Shown in pieces: positions 38,370 through 47,583 of a stretch of 64,000 nucleotides of DNA. The notes under the pieces were generated by a model that saw only the letters and a program-made list of their open reading frames with translations, had not been told where the DNA came from and did not search any database. The DNA comes from a virus, in IMG/VR virus record IMGVR_UViG_3300042566_002057, positions 87,951-151,950 of that record. The stretch is one strand, 5' to 3'. Position 1 is the first letter of the stretch. Every line of letters starts with the position of its first letter. Made by a program: the position numbers and the translations under genes.

Positions 38370-38960
38370 ATGTATATAATTGACGCTGATATTGAAGATG
38401 TTTACAAAGAATTTCCATTCATCAATGATTGGATTTCCACAATTTGTAACAGTATACTGAATAAATCTTCTGACGAATGTAAAGTTCACATGTTTTATCA
38501 CTATGGATTCTTTAATCCAAAAGTTACTGACAAAGAAGAATACTACTTGAGACAATATGAGAAGTGTAGTAAGATGAAGTATGATGAAAGACTTGATTAT
38601 GAAATTTCAAGAACCAGAGTCAACGTGACTGTAAAGATTGATAACTTTATGATGACTAATAGATTAGAAAAGGGTTTGGTACCATCAACAATTGAAAGCA
38701 TTGTTAAAGAAATTACAAAATATAAAATGTTAATTGAGTCTGATTATCATAATGACAAAGATATAAAAGATTCAATTCCACCTATTGATAGTACAATAGT
38801 ATCAGTTGATTTAATAAAAAGTTTAGTTTCTGGAACAGATGAAGTAGATGAAACGGAATTTGATTTAGATGAAATTTTAGAAAAGATATCCACAGATGGA
38901 ATTGAATCACTTACTGATAAAGAAAAAGAATTCTTAGATAAGAAAAGTAAAGAAATGTAA
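38370..38960 (+). CDS. Hypothetical protein with C-terminal LDEILEKIS..G..SLT..E domain
   Basis: FDLDEILEKISTDGIESLTDKEKEFLDK. Confidence 0.7.
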   Translation: MYIIDADIEDVYKEFPFINDWISTICNSILNKSSDECKVHMFYHYGFFNPKVTDKEEYYLRQYEKCSKMKYDERLDYEISRTRVNVTVKIDNFMMTNRLEKGLVPSTIESIVKEITKYKMLIESDYHNDKDIKDSIPPIDSTIVSVDLIKSLVSGTDEVDETEFDLDEILEKISTDGIESLTDKEKEFLDKKSKEM

Positions 38961-39763
38961 TGGATATTAATCAGATATATCAAGGTGACTCATTAGAGTT
39001 ACTTAAAAAATTACCAGACAACTCGGTTGACTTGGTGATAACATCACCACCATATGCCGACTTAAAGGTTTATATTGATAATCCTGGTGTACTTGCTGGT
39101 AAATATGTTGAGTGGCTTTTACCTATCTGTAACGAAATTTGTCGTGTTATAAAACCAACTGGATCTTTCATTCTAAACATAAATGATAAAGTAGAGGATG
39201 GATTTAGACATCCTTATGTTTATGACTTAATATCAGAGATTCATAAAAGAACTGATTTAAAGATGTTTGAGAGATTGTTTTGGAATAAACTTAAAAGTTT
39301 ACCCAATCGTTCTAGATTTGGTGACCGTGTTGAATATCTCTTTTGGTTCGCCAAAGAAAGGGGATTTCAGTTTTACATTGATGAAATGAGAACTGAATAT
39401 TCAGAGAAGTCAATTAAAAGAATGACTAAACCTCTAAAGAAAAGATTCGCTAGAACTGAAGGTGATGATGATATAGAGTATAAAGATTGGGCTCCGAATC
39501 CAAAAGGTGCTCTTCCAACGACTCTGATAAATATATCATCCGAGTCTAAAAGAATTGCTGATACTCACGTTGCTGTTTACCCGGTTGAACTTGTGAAATA
39601 CTTTATCAAAGGCTCTACGAAAGAAGGTGATGTTGTTTTAGATCCGTTTATGGGAACTGGAACCACTGGAGTTGCTTGTAAACAATTAGGAAGAAATTAT
39701 ATTGGATTTGACTTACAACAAGACTATATTGACGTTGCTAATAAAAGAATTGAAGAATGTTAA
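38960..39763 (+). CDS. DNA N4-cytosine/N6-adenine methyltransferase (beta class)
   Basis: TSPPY before DPFMGTGTT. Confidence 0.92.
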   Translation: MDINQIYQGDSLELLKKLPDNSVDLVITSPPYADLKVYIDNPGVLAGKYVEWLLPICNEICRVIKPTGSFILNINDKVEDGFRHPYVYDLISEIHKRTDLKMFERLFWNKLKSLPNRSRFGDRVEYLFWFAKERGFQFYIDEMRTEYSEKSIKRMTKPLKKRFARTEGDDDIEYKDWAPNPKGALPTTLINISSESKRIADTHVAVYPVELVKYFIKGSTKEGDVVLDPFMGTGTTGVACKQLGRNYIGFDLQQDYIDVANKRIEEC

Positions 39764-40053
39764 GAATATCTAAAGATACCAATAAAATAGTTTCTATAAA
39801 ATGGTTTACTAAGGAAGAAGTAGAAACTGGATACAATGGAAACGACATAGATAGTATTGCTATTATACCAGGTGTAACACAATACCAACACATCTATACT
39901 AAAGGTAATTGGATAGTTTTTGATAGTCGTACAAGTTATGTTGGTGTCGAATTTAATTCAGAATCTGATTTAGAAAGATTCTTCGTTCAGTTAATGAGAG
40001 ATATAAAACTTAATCAAATCACAAATGTGACTGTTGATACAAAAACTAATTGA
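39757..40053 (+). CDS. Hypothetical protein with C-terminal tag
   Basis: MRDIKLNQIT near the C-terminus. Confidence 0.65.
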   Translation: MLRISKDTNKIVSIKWFTKEEVETGYNGNDIDSIAIIPGVTQYQHIYTKGNWIVFDSRTSYVGVEFNSESDLERFFVQLMRDIKLNQITNVTVDTKTN

Positions 40054-40058
40054 TATGA

Positions 40059-40340
40059 GTGAAAGTTTATTGCAAAAGAACATATTTAACACAAAACACA
40101 AACACTTATCAAATTCTTGGTAAAAGTTATGGTGAGAGTTACGCAGTTTGGGAAAAAGGTAAGTTCTATCAATTTAGACAACCAAAAGACTATGAAAAAG
40201 AAGTTGGTGTTTATTATTTAATAGAGTCTGAAAGAGAATCTTTCTGGAATCCAATAAAAGAAAAAGAATTCAAAAAACATTTTATAGATGTTGATGAATT
40301 AAGACAAAATAAAATTAACGAAATACTTAAAAATGGTTAA
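40059..40340 (+). CDS. Small SH3-like protein with C-terminal tag
   Basis: Ends LRQNKINEILKNG. Confidence 0.7.
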   Translation: MKVYCKRTYLTQNTNTYQILGKSYGESYAVWEKGKFYQFRQPKDYEKEVGVYYLIESERESFWNPIKEKEFKKHFIDVDELRQNKINEILKNG

Positions 40341-40821
40341 CGAATATCCTAAATTTTTAACAGAGGAAGAGTGTATCAGACTGATAGGCTTAGGTGAGTC
40401 AGGTGAATTGAATCCCGGTAAGATAAAAAGTCAAGGCTCTGGTTACAGAAAAGCCAAAGTTAGATGGATGAAAGAAGGTGAGTTAATAGATAAAGTAAGA
40501 AAAGAAGTTTCATTACTATCTGGATATCCAATTGAAAACCAAGAGAGTTTTCACTTTGTAAAATACTCTCAGGATGGTGAATACAAACCGCACTATGATG
40601 GTGAGAAAAGAGCTAAAACAGCACTTATTTACCTTAATGATGGATTTGTCGGGGGTGAAACTTTATTTATAAACATAGATAGAACTATTAAACCAGAGAC
40701 TGGTAAGTTGGTTATTTGGGATAATATTAATGAGTCAGGTAAAGACCCTGATAGTTTTCACGCAGGACTACCTGTGGAATTTGGAACAAAGTATATAGCA
40801 GTAATTTGGATAAAAAAATAA
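40333..40821 (+). CDS. 2OG-Fe(II) oxygenase, prolyl 4-hydroxylase-like
   Basis: YKPHYD, LIYLND..GGET.F, HAGLPV..GTKY. Confidence 0.88.
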   Translation: MVNEYPKFLTEEECIRLIGLGESGELNPGKIKSQGSGYRKAKVRWMKEGELIDKVRKEVSLLSGYPIENQESFHFVKYSQDGEYKPHYDGEKRAKTALIYLNDGFVGGETLFINIDRTIKPETGKLVIWDNINESGKDPDSFHAGLPVEFGTKYIAVIWIKK

Positions 40822-40823
40822 AT

Positions 40824-41582
40824 ATGAGATACTTATTAGATAGTGAGATTCTTAAATGGAATCAAAGATTAGAGAAAACACCTTACATGGTTTATCCTAA
40901 GTCTAGTTTACAGAGTTCACACGTGCACATTAGTTTTAGACAGAAATCCAGTAATCGATTCGGGTCACATCCATATAGTACAAGTGATTTTGTAGAAACA
41001 ATTGACCCACATATTAATAACTATCAATTTGTTTTTTCAGTTGCTAAGAATCGAGTTGATAACTTCTTTGATATTTTTGATAGACTCAGAGAAGAAGAAT
41101 TTGGTACAACTACTTGTTATACAAATACAAATAATGATAATAAAGTCGGTGAAATTAAGGTTACTGATGATATAGTTGTAAAGAAAGATTCACAGGTACA
41201 TAGTATTTTAGAAAAAGAATATGTTAGATTTTCTTATACTTTTACTGGAAAACTTTCACAGATTATGGGTTATGTTTTTTATTTAGAAGACGCAATTGAA
41301 TTCTTTAGTAGTATATGGGGTTATAATGAAGATGGTACTGAAGAACACTTAATTAAATATCCGATTGGTACTCTTGTCAGTGATGTAAAAGACAAGTCTA
41401 AAGACTATTTAATTTTAGATTATCAATATAGAAAGATTGACAAAAACTATTACATCGACTATGAATTAACAGAAGTATTAGGTGGATACTCGTCGGTTAT
41501 AAAATATGGTGATGTTAAAATTCTTAAAGAAAGTGAAATTTGTTTCAGTCGAAACGGAAGAATTGATGATATTTTAAATTAA
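40824..41582 (+). CDS. Hypothetical protein with C-terminal SH3-like domain and tag
   Basis: KYPIGTLV...; ends SRNGRIDDILN; ATG 40824 preferred over TTG 40806. Confidence 0.7.
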   Translation: MRYLLDSEILKWNQRLEKTPYMVYPKSSLQSSHVHISFRQKSSNRFGSHPYSTSDFVETIDPHINNYQFVFSVAKNRVDNFFDIFDRLREEEFGTTTCYTNTNNDNKVGEIKVTDDIVVKKDSQVHSILEKEYVRFSYTFTGKLSQIMGYVFYLEDAIEFFSSIWGYNEDGTEEHLIKYPIGTLVSDVKDKSKDYLILDYQYRKIDKNYYIDYELTEVLGGYSSVIKYGDVKILKESEICFSRNGRIDDILN

Positions 41583-41610
41583 TTCCTTATCTTTGTAAAA
41601 ATTAAGTACT

Positions 41611-42123
41611 TTGGACAAGTGGACTCAAAATCAATTCACAGACTTTCTCGAAGTGGAAAGAACAAATTGTTATTGGTTTTGGTTTAAAGGTAAAATCACA
41701 AGAAGAAGGAATAGAGATACTGGAGAAATCTATGAACAAAATCTATCTTCAACTTGTGAATGGAACGGAATGAGACTCGAAAATGGTTTCTATAACTGTT
41801 ATGATATTTTAATTGAAAGATATATGAGAGGATTAAAAGAAGGAAAATATAATGGTCAAACTAAGGCTGAGTTTGAGAAGAATAAACTAAGGGTTAGTGA
41901 TATATGGACTAAATCAGATGGTGATGTAGAAAAGGCAATATCACTTGCAAAAACACAAGCGAATAGAATCACTGACGAATGGAAAGCAATAAATCGAGCC
42001 ATGAGTGCTAAAGAAATGGGATATGAGGAAATATTTGAGGTTTTCTTCCAAAGAGCATACGAATTAGGTTCAGTTTCTAAATTAGAATACCGTGAGTATA
42101 AATTAGAAAAGCTTGGTATATGA
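41611..42123 (+). CDS. Hypothetical protein with C-terminal tag
   Basis: Ends YREYKLEKLGI; TATCTTTG at 41588-41595. Confidence 0.7.
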   Translation: MDKWTQNQFTDFLEVERTNCYWFWFKGKITRRRNRDTGEIYEQNLSSTCEWNGMRLENGFYNCYDILIERYMRGLKEGKYNGQTKAEFEKNKLRVSDIWTKSDGDVEKAISLAKTQANRITDEWKAINRAMSAKEMGYEEIFEVFFQRAYELGSVSKLEYREYKLEKLGI

Positions 42124-42434
42124 TCGTAAAATCTAAATTTCTCTGTAAGAGTGGATGTAAAACTGCGCCTTCTCGTGGTTACTCTGGTAAGCATAAACTA
42201 AATTGGACTGATTTATTTATTGAAGGTAAATGGTATGACGGGGAATATGAAACTTGGTCTCAACAACTTTATAAATTAAATAACGGTTGGAGAAGATACT
42301 GGGTTGTCAATGAAAAAGGTGAAAAAGAAGAAATGAATAGAATCAGAATGTCAACTATTTTCCAATTAGATGTTGAGGAATTAAGAGACGAAAAGATAAA
42401 TCAAATAATTGATGGAGATATGTCAAATTATTAA
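42120..42434 (+). CDS. Small SH3-like protein with C-terminal tag
   Basis: FIEGKWY; LRDEKINQIID. Confidence 0.7.
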   Translation: MIVKSKFLCKSGCKTAPSRGYSGKHKLNWTDLFIEGKWYDGEYETWSQQLYKLNNGWRRYWVVNEKGEKEEMNRIRMSTIFQLDVEELRDEKINQIIDGDMSNY

Positions 42435-42481
42435 ACTGATTATCTCATTGATATTAAAATAAATTTCCTTACCTTTGTAAA

Positions 42482-42910
42482 ATGAGTAAGTTACTAATAT
42501 ACACTGATGGTAGTTCAAGAGGCAATCCTGGTCCAGGTGGATGGGGAGTTGTCATGAAGTTTAATGATAAAACTAAAGAACTATCTGGTGGTGAAAAGTT
42601 TACTACTAATAATAGAATGGAACTAATGGCTGTTATACAAGCGTTAGAAGCCGTTAAAACCACCAAGCATCCAGTTGAGGTTTACTCAGACTCTAAATAT
42701 GTAATTGATTCTGTTGAGAAAGGTTGGGTATTTAATTGGGTCAAGAAAACAGACTTTGGTGGTAAAAAGAATGAAGACCTTTGGAGAAGATTCTTAAAGT
42801 CTTACAATAACTTTAACATAACCTTTCATTGGGTTAAAGGACATAACGGACATCCAGAGAATGAAAGATGTGATCACTTAGCAACAACTGAAGCAATTAA
42901 ATTTTTATAA
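42482..42910 (+). CDS. rnhA: Ribonuclease HI
   Basis: YTDGSSRGNPGPGGWG, TNNRMEL, DSKY, WVKGH.G..NERCD. Confidence 0.95.
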   Translation: MSKLLIYTDGSSRGNPGPGGWGVVMKFNDKTKELSGGEKFTTNNRMELMAVIQALEAVKTTKHPVEVYSDSKYVIDSVEKGWVFNWVKKTDFGGKKNEDLWRRFLKSYNNFNITFHWVKGHNGHPENERCDHLATTEAIKFL

Positions 42911-42911
42911 T

Positions 42912-43160
42912 ATGGCAACAGAATACACCGGAAATAAGAGTAGTTTAGATACGGGTTATGTTTTTGCTCCTTATATACCAATGACAACATCAGCGAACAT
43001 AGTTGAATATGGTTCTAAGAAAATAAGTAGAAAAAGAAAGATTAATAAGATATTTGATTTAGGATTAAGTATCGATGATGAATTCTCAAGAACTATGAGT
43101 AAATACTCAAAAAAAACTATAATTGCTAATTACTACAAAACAATAAAAATTACACAATGA
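42912..43160 (+). CDS. Mini-protein: gp23-like C-terminal capsid fragment with internal tag
   Basis: GNKSSLDTGYVFAPYIPM...RKRKINKIFD...MSKYSKK..NYYKTIKI. Confidence 0.6.
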   Translation: MATEYTGNKSSLDTGYVFAPYIPMTTSANIVEYGSKKISRKRKINKIFDLGLSIDDEFSRTMSKYSKKTIIANYYKTIKITQ

Positions 43161-44953
43161 CAAATATCAAATTAATAAAAAGTATATTAGATTTCTCTAA
43201 ACCATTTAGAACAGAATTACTTCTGGTCTTTTTATGTGTTTTTCTAACTTCAGCGATTGAGGCAGTAACAACATACTTACTTGGTGAGATTTTTAATATC
43301 GCGCAAAAACATTCAACAGAACAAAGTTATTTAGAACCAGCAATTTATCTTGTTGTTTTTGCACTTGTAACTTATCTTATTAAGACATTTATTGTTACTT
43401 ACCAACAAAGACTTGAAGTGCGTAAGTTAGATGTCGCTGTTGCAAATCACTTAAATCATGCTTCAATTTCAAGATACTTTAAGTTCTCGAACGGTCAACA
43501 TATAAATGAACACTCTGGTGTTAAACAAAATATCATCACAACCGGATTTACATCAGTTCAGAATCAAATGAATATGTTTATCTACCAGTTCTTTCCGTCA
43601 CTATCAAACTTTATTGTTTCATTAGTTGTACTTTTCTCTATTAGTCTTACAATAGGTTTTACTTACTTAGGAGTAACTATTTTATTTATCTACTCAATGT
43701 ACTACTTCAATAAAATGATGCAACCTAAAATTCGTGAGGTTCGAGATGCTAGAAATGAGACTTCAAGAACTATTAGTGAACTTTATCGTTATGTTTTTTT
43801 AATTAAGAATGAAGTAGCTGAAAAGAAATCAATTGATGATTTAGATAATGTACAAAGTTTACACCAAAAGTCTTATTCATCTGCTTGGATAGTAGGTATT
43901 AATTGGTTAACTGCAATTAAAATAGGTACATCTTTATTTAGATACTTAACAATTGGAATTGGAGTTTATTTATTATTCTCTGGTCAGATTACTGCAGGTA
44001 GTATCTTCTTAATATTTACTTGGTCGAATCATTTTATAAACTCTCTTTGGATGATTACTGATATGCAAAAACAGTTTATCACTGACAAGATTAACATTGA
44101 AAAGTATTTTGAGATTTTACAAATTGAACCAGATGTAAAAGAGGTTGAACAACCAATTGAAAATGATTTTGCTGGTGATATTGAATTTAATAATGTTAAA
44201 TTTAAGTATCCTGGTAGAAAAAGTTCACACGACTCTGACGAAGTAACTGAGAATGACTGGGTATTAAAAGGAGTTACATTTAATATTAAACAGGGTCAGA
44301 AAGTTGCTTTTGTTGGTGAGTCTGGTTCTGGAAAATCCACAATCGCTAATTTAGTAAGAAGAGCATTTGATCCACAAGAAGGTGAAATCAAAATTAACAA
44401 TCACCTTCTTAAAGAAATATCACTTTCACACTTTTTACAAAAGATTGGATCTGTGGACCAAGAAGTAATTCTGTTCGATAAAAGTTTAAGAGAAAACATT
44501 TCTTTTGGTACTAATAGACTTCTGACAGATGAAGAACTTAATAAGATTGCAAAATTAAGTAGAATAGATTCTTTCTATCCTAAGTTAGAACACGGTTGGG
44601 ACACGATTGTTGGTGAGAAAGGTTCTAAGATATCAGGTGGTGAAAAACAAAGAATTGGTATTGCTAGAGCTTTGGCTAAGAATCCAGAAATTCTTATCTT
44701 TGACGAAGCAACTTCTGCTTTAGACACGGTGTCTGAAAAAGTAGTTCAAAGATCGATTGATGTTTCTTGTAAAGGAAAGACATCTATTATAATTGCACAT
44801 CGTCTTTCGACTGTTAAAAACTGTGATAAGATATTTGTTCTTAGAAACGGTGAAATAATTGGAGAAGGAACACACCAGGAATTACTGGAGAGCTGTGAAT
44901 ATTATGCAGATTTGATTAAGAATCAATTATCACATAAATTAGAAAAAGTATAA
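43157..44953 (+). CDS. ABC exporter, fused permease-ATPase (MsbA-like)
   Basis: N-terminal TM helices; GESGSGKS, ISGGEKQR, DEATSALD. Confidence 0.93.
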   Translation: MTNIKLIKSILDFSKPFRTELLLVFLCVFLTSAIEAVTTYLLGEIFNIAQKHSTEQSYLEPAIYLVVFALVTYLIKTFIVTYQQRLEVRKLDVAVANHLNHASISRYFKFSNGQHINEHSGVKQNIITTGFTSVQNQMNMFIYQFFPSLSNFIVSLVVLFSISLTIGFTYLGVTILFIYSMYYFNKMMQPKIREVRDARNETSRTISELYRYVFLIKNEVAEKKSIDDLDNVQSLHQKSYSSAWIVGINWLTAIKIGTSLFRYLTIGIGVYLLFSGQITAGSIFLIFTWSNHFINSLWMITDMQKQFITDKINIEKYFEILQIEPDVKEVEQPIENDFAGDIEFNNVKFKYPGRKSSHDSDEVTENDWVLKGVTFNIKQGQKVAFVGESGSGKSTIANLVRRAFDPQEGEIKINNHLLKEISLSHFLQKIGSVDQEVILFDKSLRENISFGTNRLLTDEELNKIAKLSRIDSFYPKLEHGWDTIVGEKGSKISGGEKQRIGIARALAKNPEILIFDEATSALDTVSEKVVQRSIDVSCKGKTSIIIAHRLSTVKNCDKIFVLRNGEIIGEGTHQELLESCEYYADLIKNQLSHKLEKV

Positions 44954-44956
44954 AAA

Positions 44957-45343
44957 ATGGAAGAAAAAAAAGTAATTGTAAGTAAAGAGTTCATTGATAT
45001 TTTCAAGAACTTCAATGTTGTAAATAAAGTTGATGAAATGAAATTAATTTCTGAAAAAGAACTTTATTTATTATTAACTGTTTGTTTAGATAAACACGAT
45101 GATAGTCAACCTACCGTTGTTTATAATTTCCAACCATTTAGAGATAAAGTGATGGAGATATTTGATGTACAGGATGACAAAGAAACTAAAAATGAACTTA
45201 TCAATGAACTCATTTTAGAAACTGGAGATAAATACATTGAAACTGACTGTATAGTTGATGATATGGGTAATGGATTACCAAATCCACTAACTAAAGAAGA
45301 AGTTAGAGATGCAAAAATTTCTATTATTAACAGTGATAATTAA
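44957..45343 (+). CDS. Hypothetical protein with C-terminal tag
   Basis: Ends VRDAKISIINSDN. Confidence 0.7.
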   Translation: MEEKKVIVSKEFIDIFKNFNVVNKVDEMKLISEKELYLLLTVCLDKHDDSQPTVVYNFQPFRDKVMEIFDVQDDKETKNELINELILETGDKYIETDCIVDDMGNGLPNPLTKEEVRDAKISIINSDN

Positions 45344-45376
45344 AAAATAAAATACTATCTTTGTAAAAAAATTATT

Positions 45377-47149
45377 ATGCAAGAAAACCAAAATACCGAG
45401 GAATTAAAAGAACCAGTTGTTGGAAACTTTAAACCTAAAAGAAAATTCTTAAACTTTGTTTCAGCTGTAAACGGAGCGCGTATTCGATTCATACGAGACG
45501 TGGCTTTTCTAAAAGGTGAAAAACTATCTGGGTTCTTAGAAAATGTCATCTTCAAAATCACTATTTGTGAAGAAGGAACTATTAAGTTTGAGGAACAAGA
45601 TGGAACTAATCTTTCTGACGAGAATATGATTAATCGTTTAATCGATGAAATTGATGCGATGGAAGTGACTGGATACGCTCAAAAGTTTGTTGTTAGTGGT
45701 TTAGAGTTTGCTGATGTCAATGGTGACCGATGTTATCTTGAAGTTGAACATCAAAAACCAATCGATAAATTAAAATCTATTTTTGATGATGAAGAAAAGG
45801 TAGAGATTTCTGAAAAAAGTTTGAGTTTAATTGATGATTTATTTGGATCTTCTGATGATGAGTTTGATGAAGATCACGCACTATCTGAGGTGTTAAATAA
45901 TATGGTGATGGAACTTTCGGAAGAAGATGCTAAAACTCTTGTAGAAACAATTGAAAATCCACCAGCTCCTAACGAAAAACTTAAAGAAGCGGCTGAGTCA
46001 TATATGGAAAAACAATTCCGTAAAATGAATGAGGAAAAGGTTATGGAATTGGAGTACCGTATTGAAGAAACTCAGAAAGAAATCATTCGTTATAAAAGTG
46101 ATGTAAAAATGGCTCAGAAAAAGATGGATGAAAAATCAGAGTCTCTAAAAGTACTTGAAAGTAGATTAGAAAGTATGAAACCAGGTGACGAACCAAACGG
46201 ATATGTGTTCTATGTTTCAGAAGAGATTAAAGATATGGAAGGTCTGGATGAAACAGAAGCAAAAGTTGCGGCTAAGATTGCAGACATTATGAAATTAAAA
46301 ATTGATGTCTTAACTGAAATGTTGACTGGTGGTTACTACAAAATCAAAATTGCTAAGAAAGATGATATCACTAATCAAGAGTTTGAGTTAGAAAAAGAAG
46401 TCTATCAAAAAATTGCATCTTTGGATGTAGAAGGTAAACTTTCTATTGTTGATGGTGAGTTTCAGTATCGTGGTAAAATGACTTGGCATCAAATCGTTGG
46501 TAAAATGATTCGTATGGGATTTGAACAAGAACCAGAGTTTGATAAATTGTGTCAGTCTAATTCTTATGACTCTCACGAAGAAGATAAGTCAACTGAAATG
46601 GATCTAGGTAATGGTATGGTTGACTCTGTATCTGAAACTTCAGTTTCTACAAAGCCAACTTCAACAGAGATTAAATCCAAAACTCTTAAAACCTTCAGTG
46701 AAGAAACTACATTAGTAGTTATGGGTACAATTGACCACGATGATAACCGTGATGTTGAGATTACTGATGATTTTACTGGATTTGGAGTGTGTGTTGGTGA
46801 TAAAATGATGAAATCATCTTATGAGTCTGATGGATTTATCTCAATTATGACTTTACCAGAGTTTAAGATGTGGCAATCACAATACCCAGATGCTATGACT
46901 GATGGTGGTGGAATAGGTTCATTTTTACTACCTAACTTCAAGGGAACTATTGGTGTAACTGCTATGATTGATGATGAATTCACAGCTGACTTTGATTTAA
47001 GTGATTTCATTCAACATCAATATGGAATGGAAGAGGCTGAAGTGTTTTTAACATTACCAGAAGGAACTGAGATTGTGAAAATGGGTGATTATCACCAAGT
47101 TCCAGTTGCAGCAATGAGAGATATCAAAATTGATAAAATTATTGAATAA
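45377..47149 (+). CDS. Large acidic coiled-coil protein with C-terminal tag
   Basis: 590 aa; ends MRDIKIDKIIE; TATCTTTG at 45356-45363. Confidence 0.8.
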   Translation: MQENQNTEELKEPVVGNFKPKRKFLNFVSAVNGARIRFIRDVAFLKGEKLSGFLENVIFKITICEEGTIKFEEQDGTNLSDENMINRLIDEIDAMEVTGYAQKFVVSGLEFADVNGDRCYLEVEHQKPIDKLKSIFDDEEKVEISEKSLSLIDDLFGSSDDEFDEDHALSEVLNNMVMELSEEDAKTLVETIENPPAPNEKLKEAAESYMEKQFRKMNEEKVMELEYRIEETQKEIIRYKSDVKMAQKKMDEKSESLKVLESRLESMKPGDEPNGYVFYVSEEIKDMEGLDETEAKVAAKIADIMKLKIDVLTEMLTGGYYKIKIAKKDDITNQEFELEKEVYQKIASLDVEGKLSIVDGEFQYRGKMTWHQIVGKMIRMGFEQEPEFDKLCQSNSYDSHEEDKSTEMDLGNGMVDSVSETSVSTKPTSTEIKSKTLKTFSEETTLVVMGTIDHDDNRDVEITDDFTGFGVCVGDKMMKSSYESDGFISIMTLPEFKMWQSQYPDAMTDGGGIGSFLLPNFKGTIGVTAMIDDEFTADFDLSDFIQHQYGMEEAEVFLTLPEGTEIVKMGDYHQVPVAAMRDIKIDKIIE

Positions 47150-47532
47150 TGGGTTTTACAAGATACTGGGAATTTAGTGGTTTAGATGAAGAGAAGTTTA
47201 GTGACTTCTCTTCTGTCTGTAAGGTATTGGTAGATAGTATAAACATACCACTTGAAGATATTACTATAAATGAAAGACAAGTCAGATTCAACGGTGTCGA
47301 TGAAGATGGTCACGAAACTTTTTATTTTAGTCTAGATAAATCAGGTTTTAACTTTTGTAAAACAAATATAAAACCTTATGATGAAGTCGTTTGTGGGTGT
47401 TTATATATTGCTAAGGTTATTTTTGGTGAAGATATTCGTATAAACCAAGACTGTGACCAAGGTGATGAACATATCGTACAAAAAGTAAAAAGTATACTGA
47501 GAGAAAATAAATTAGATAAAATATTAAATTAG
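47149..47532 (+). CDS. Phage hypothetical protein with C-terminal tag
   Basis: MGFTRYW..FNG..HETF..FCKT..KPYD; ends LRENKLDKILN. Confidence 0.75.
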   Translation: MGFTRYWEFSGLDEEKFSDFSSVCKVLVDSINIPLEDITINERQVRFNGVDEDGHETFYFSLDKSGFNFCKTNIKPYDEVVCGCLYIAKVIFGEDIRINQDCDQGDEHIVQKVKSILRENKLDKILN

Positions 47533-47533
47533 G

Positions 47534-47564
47534 TTTGACAATTGAGAATTTATTCATATCTTTG
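47534..47564 (+). promoter_or_regulatory. Complete Bacteroidota -33/-7 promoter
   Basis: TTTG (47534-47537), 19 nt spacer, TATCTTTG (47557-47564). Confidence 0.7.
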
Positions 47565-47583
47565 TTAAAATAAATAGTAGAAG

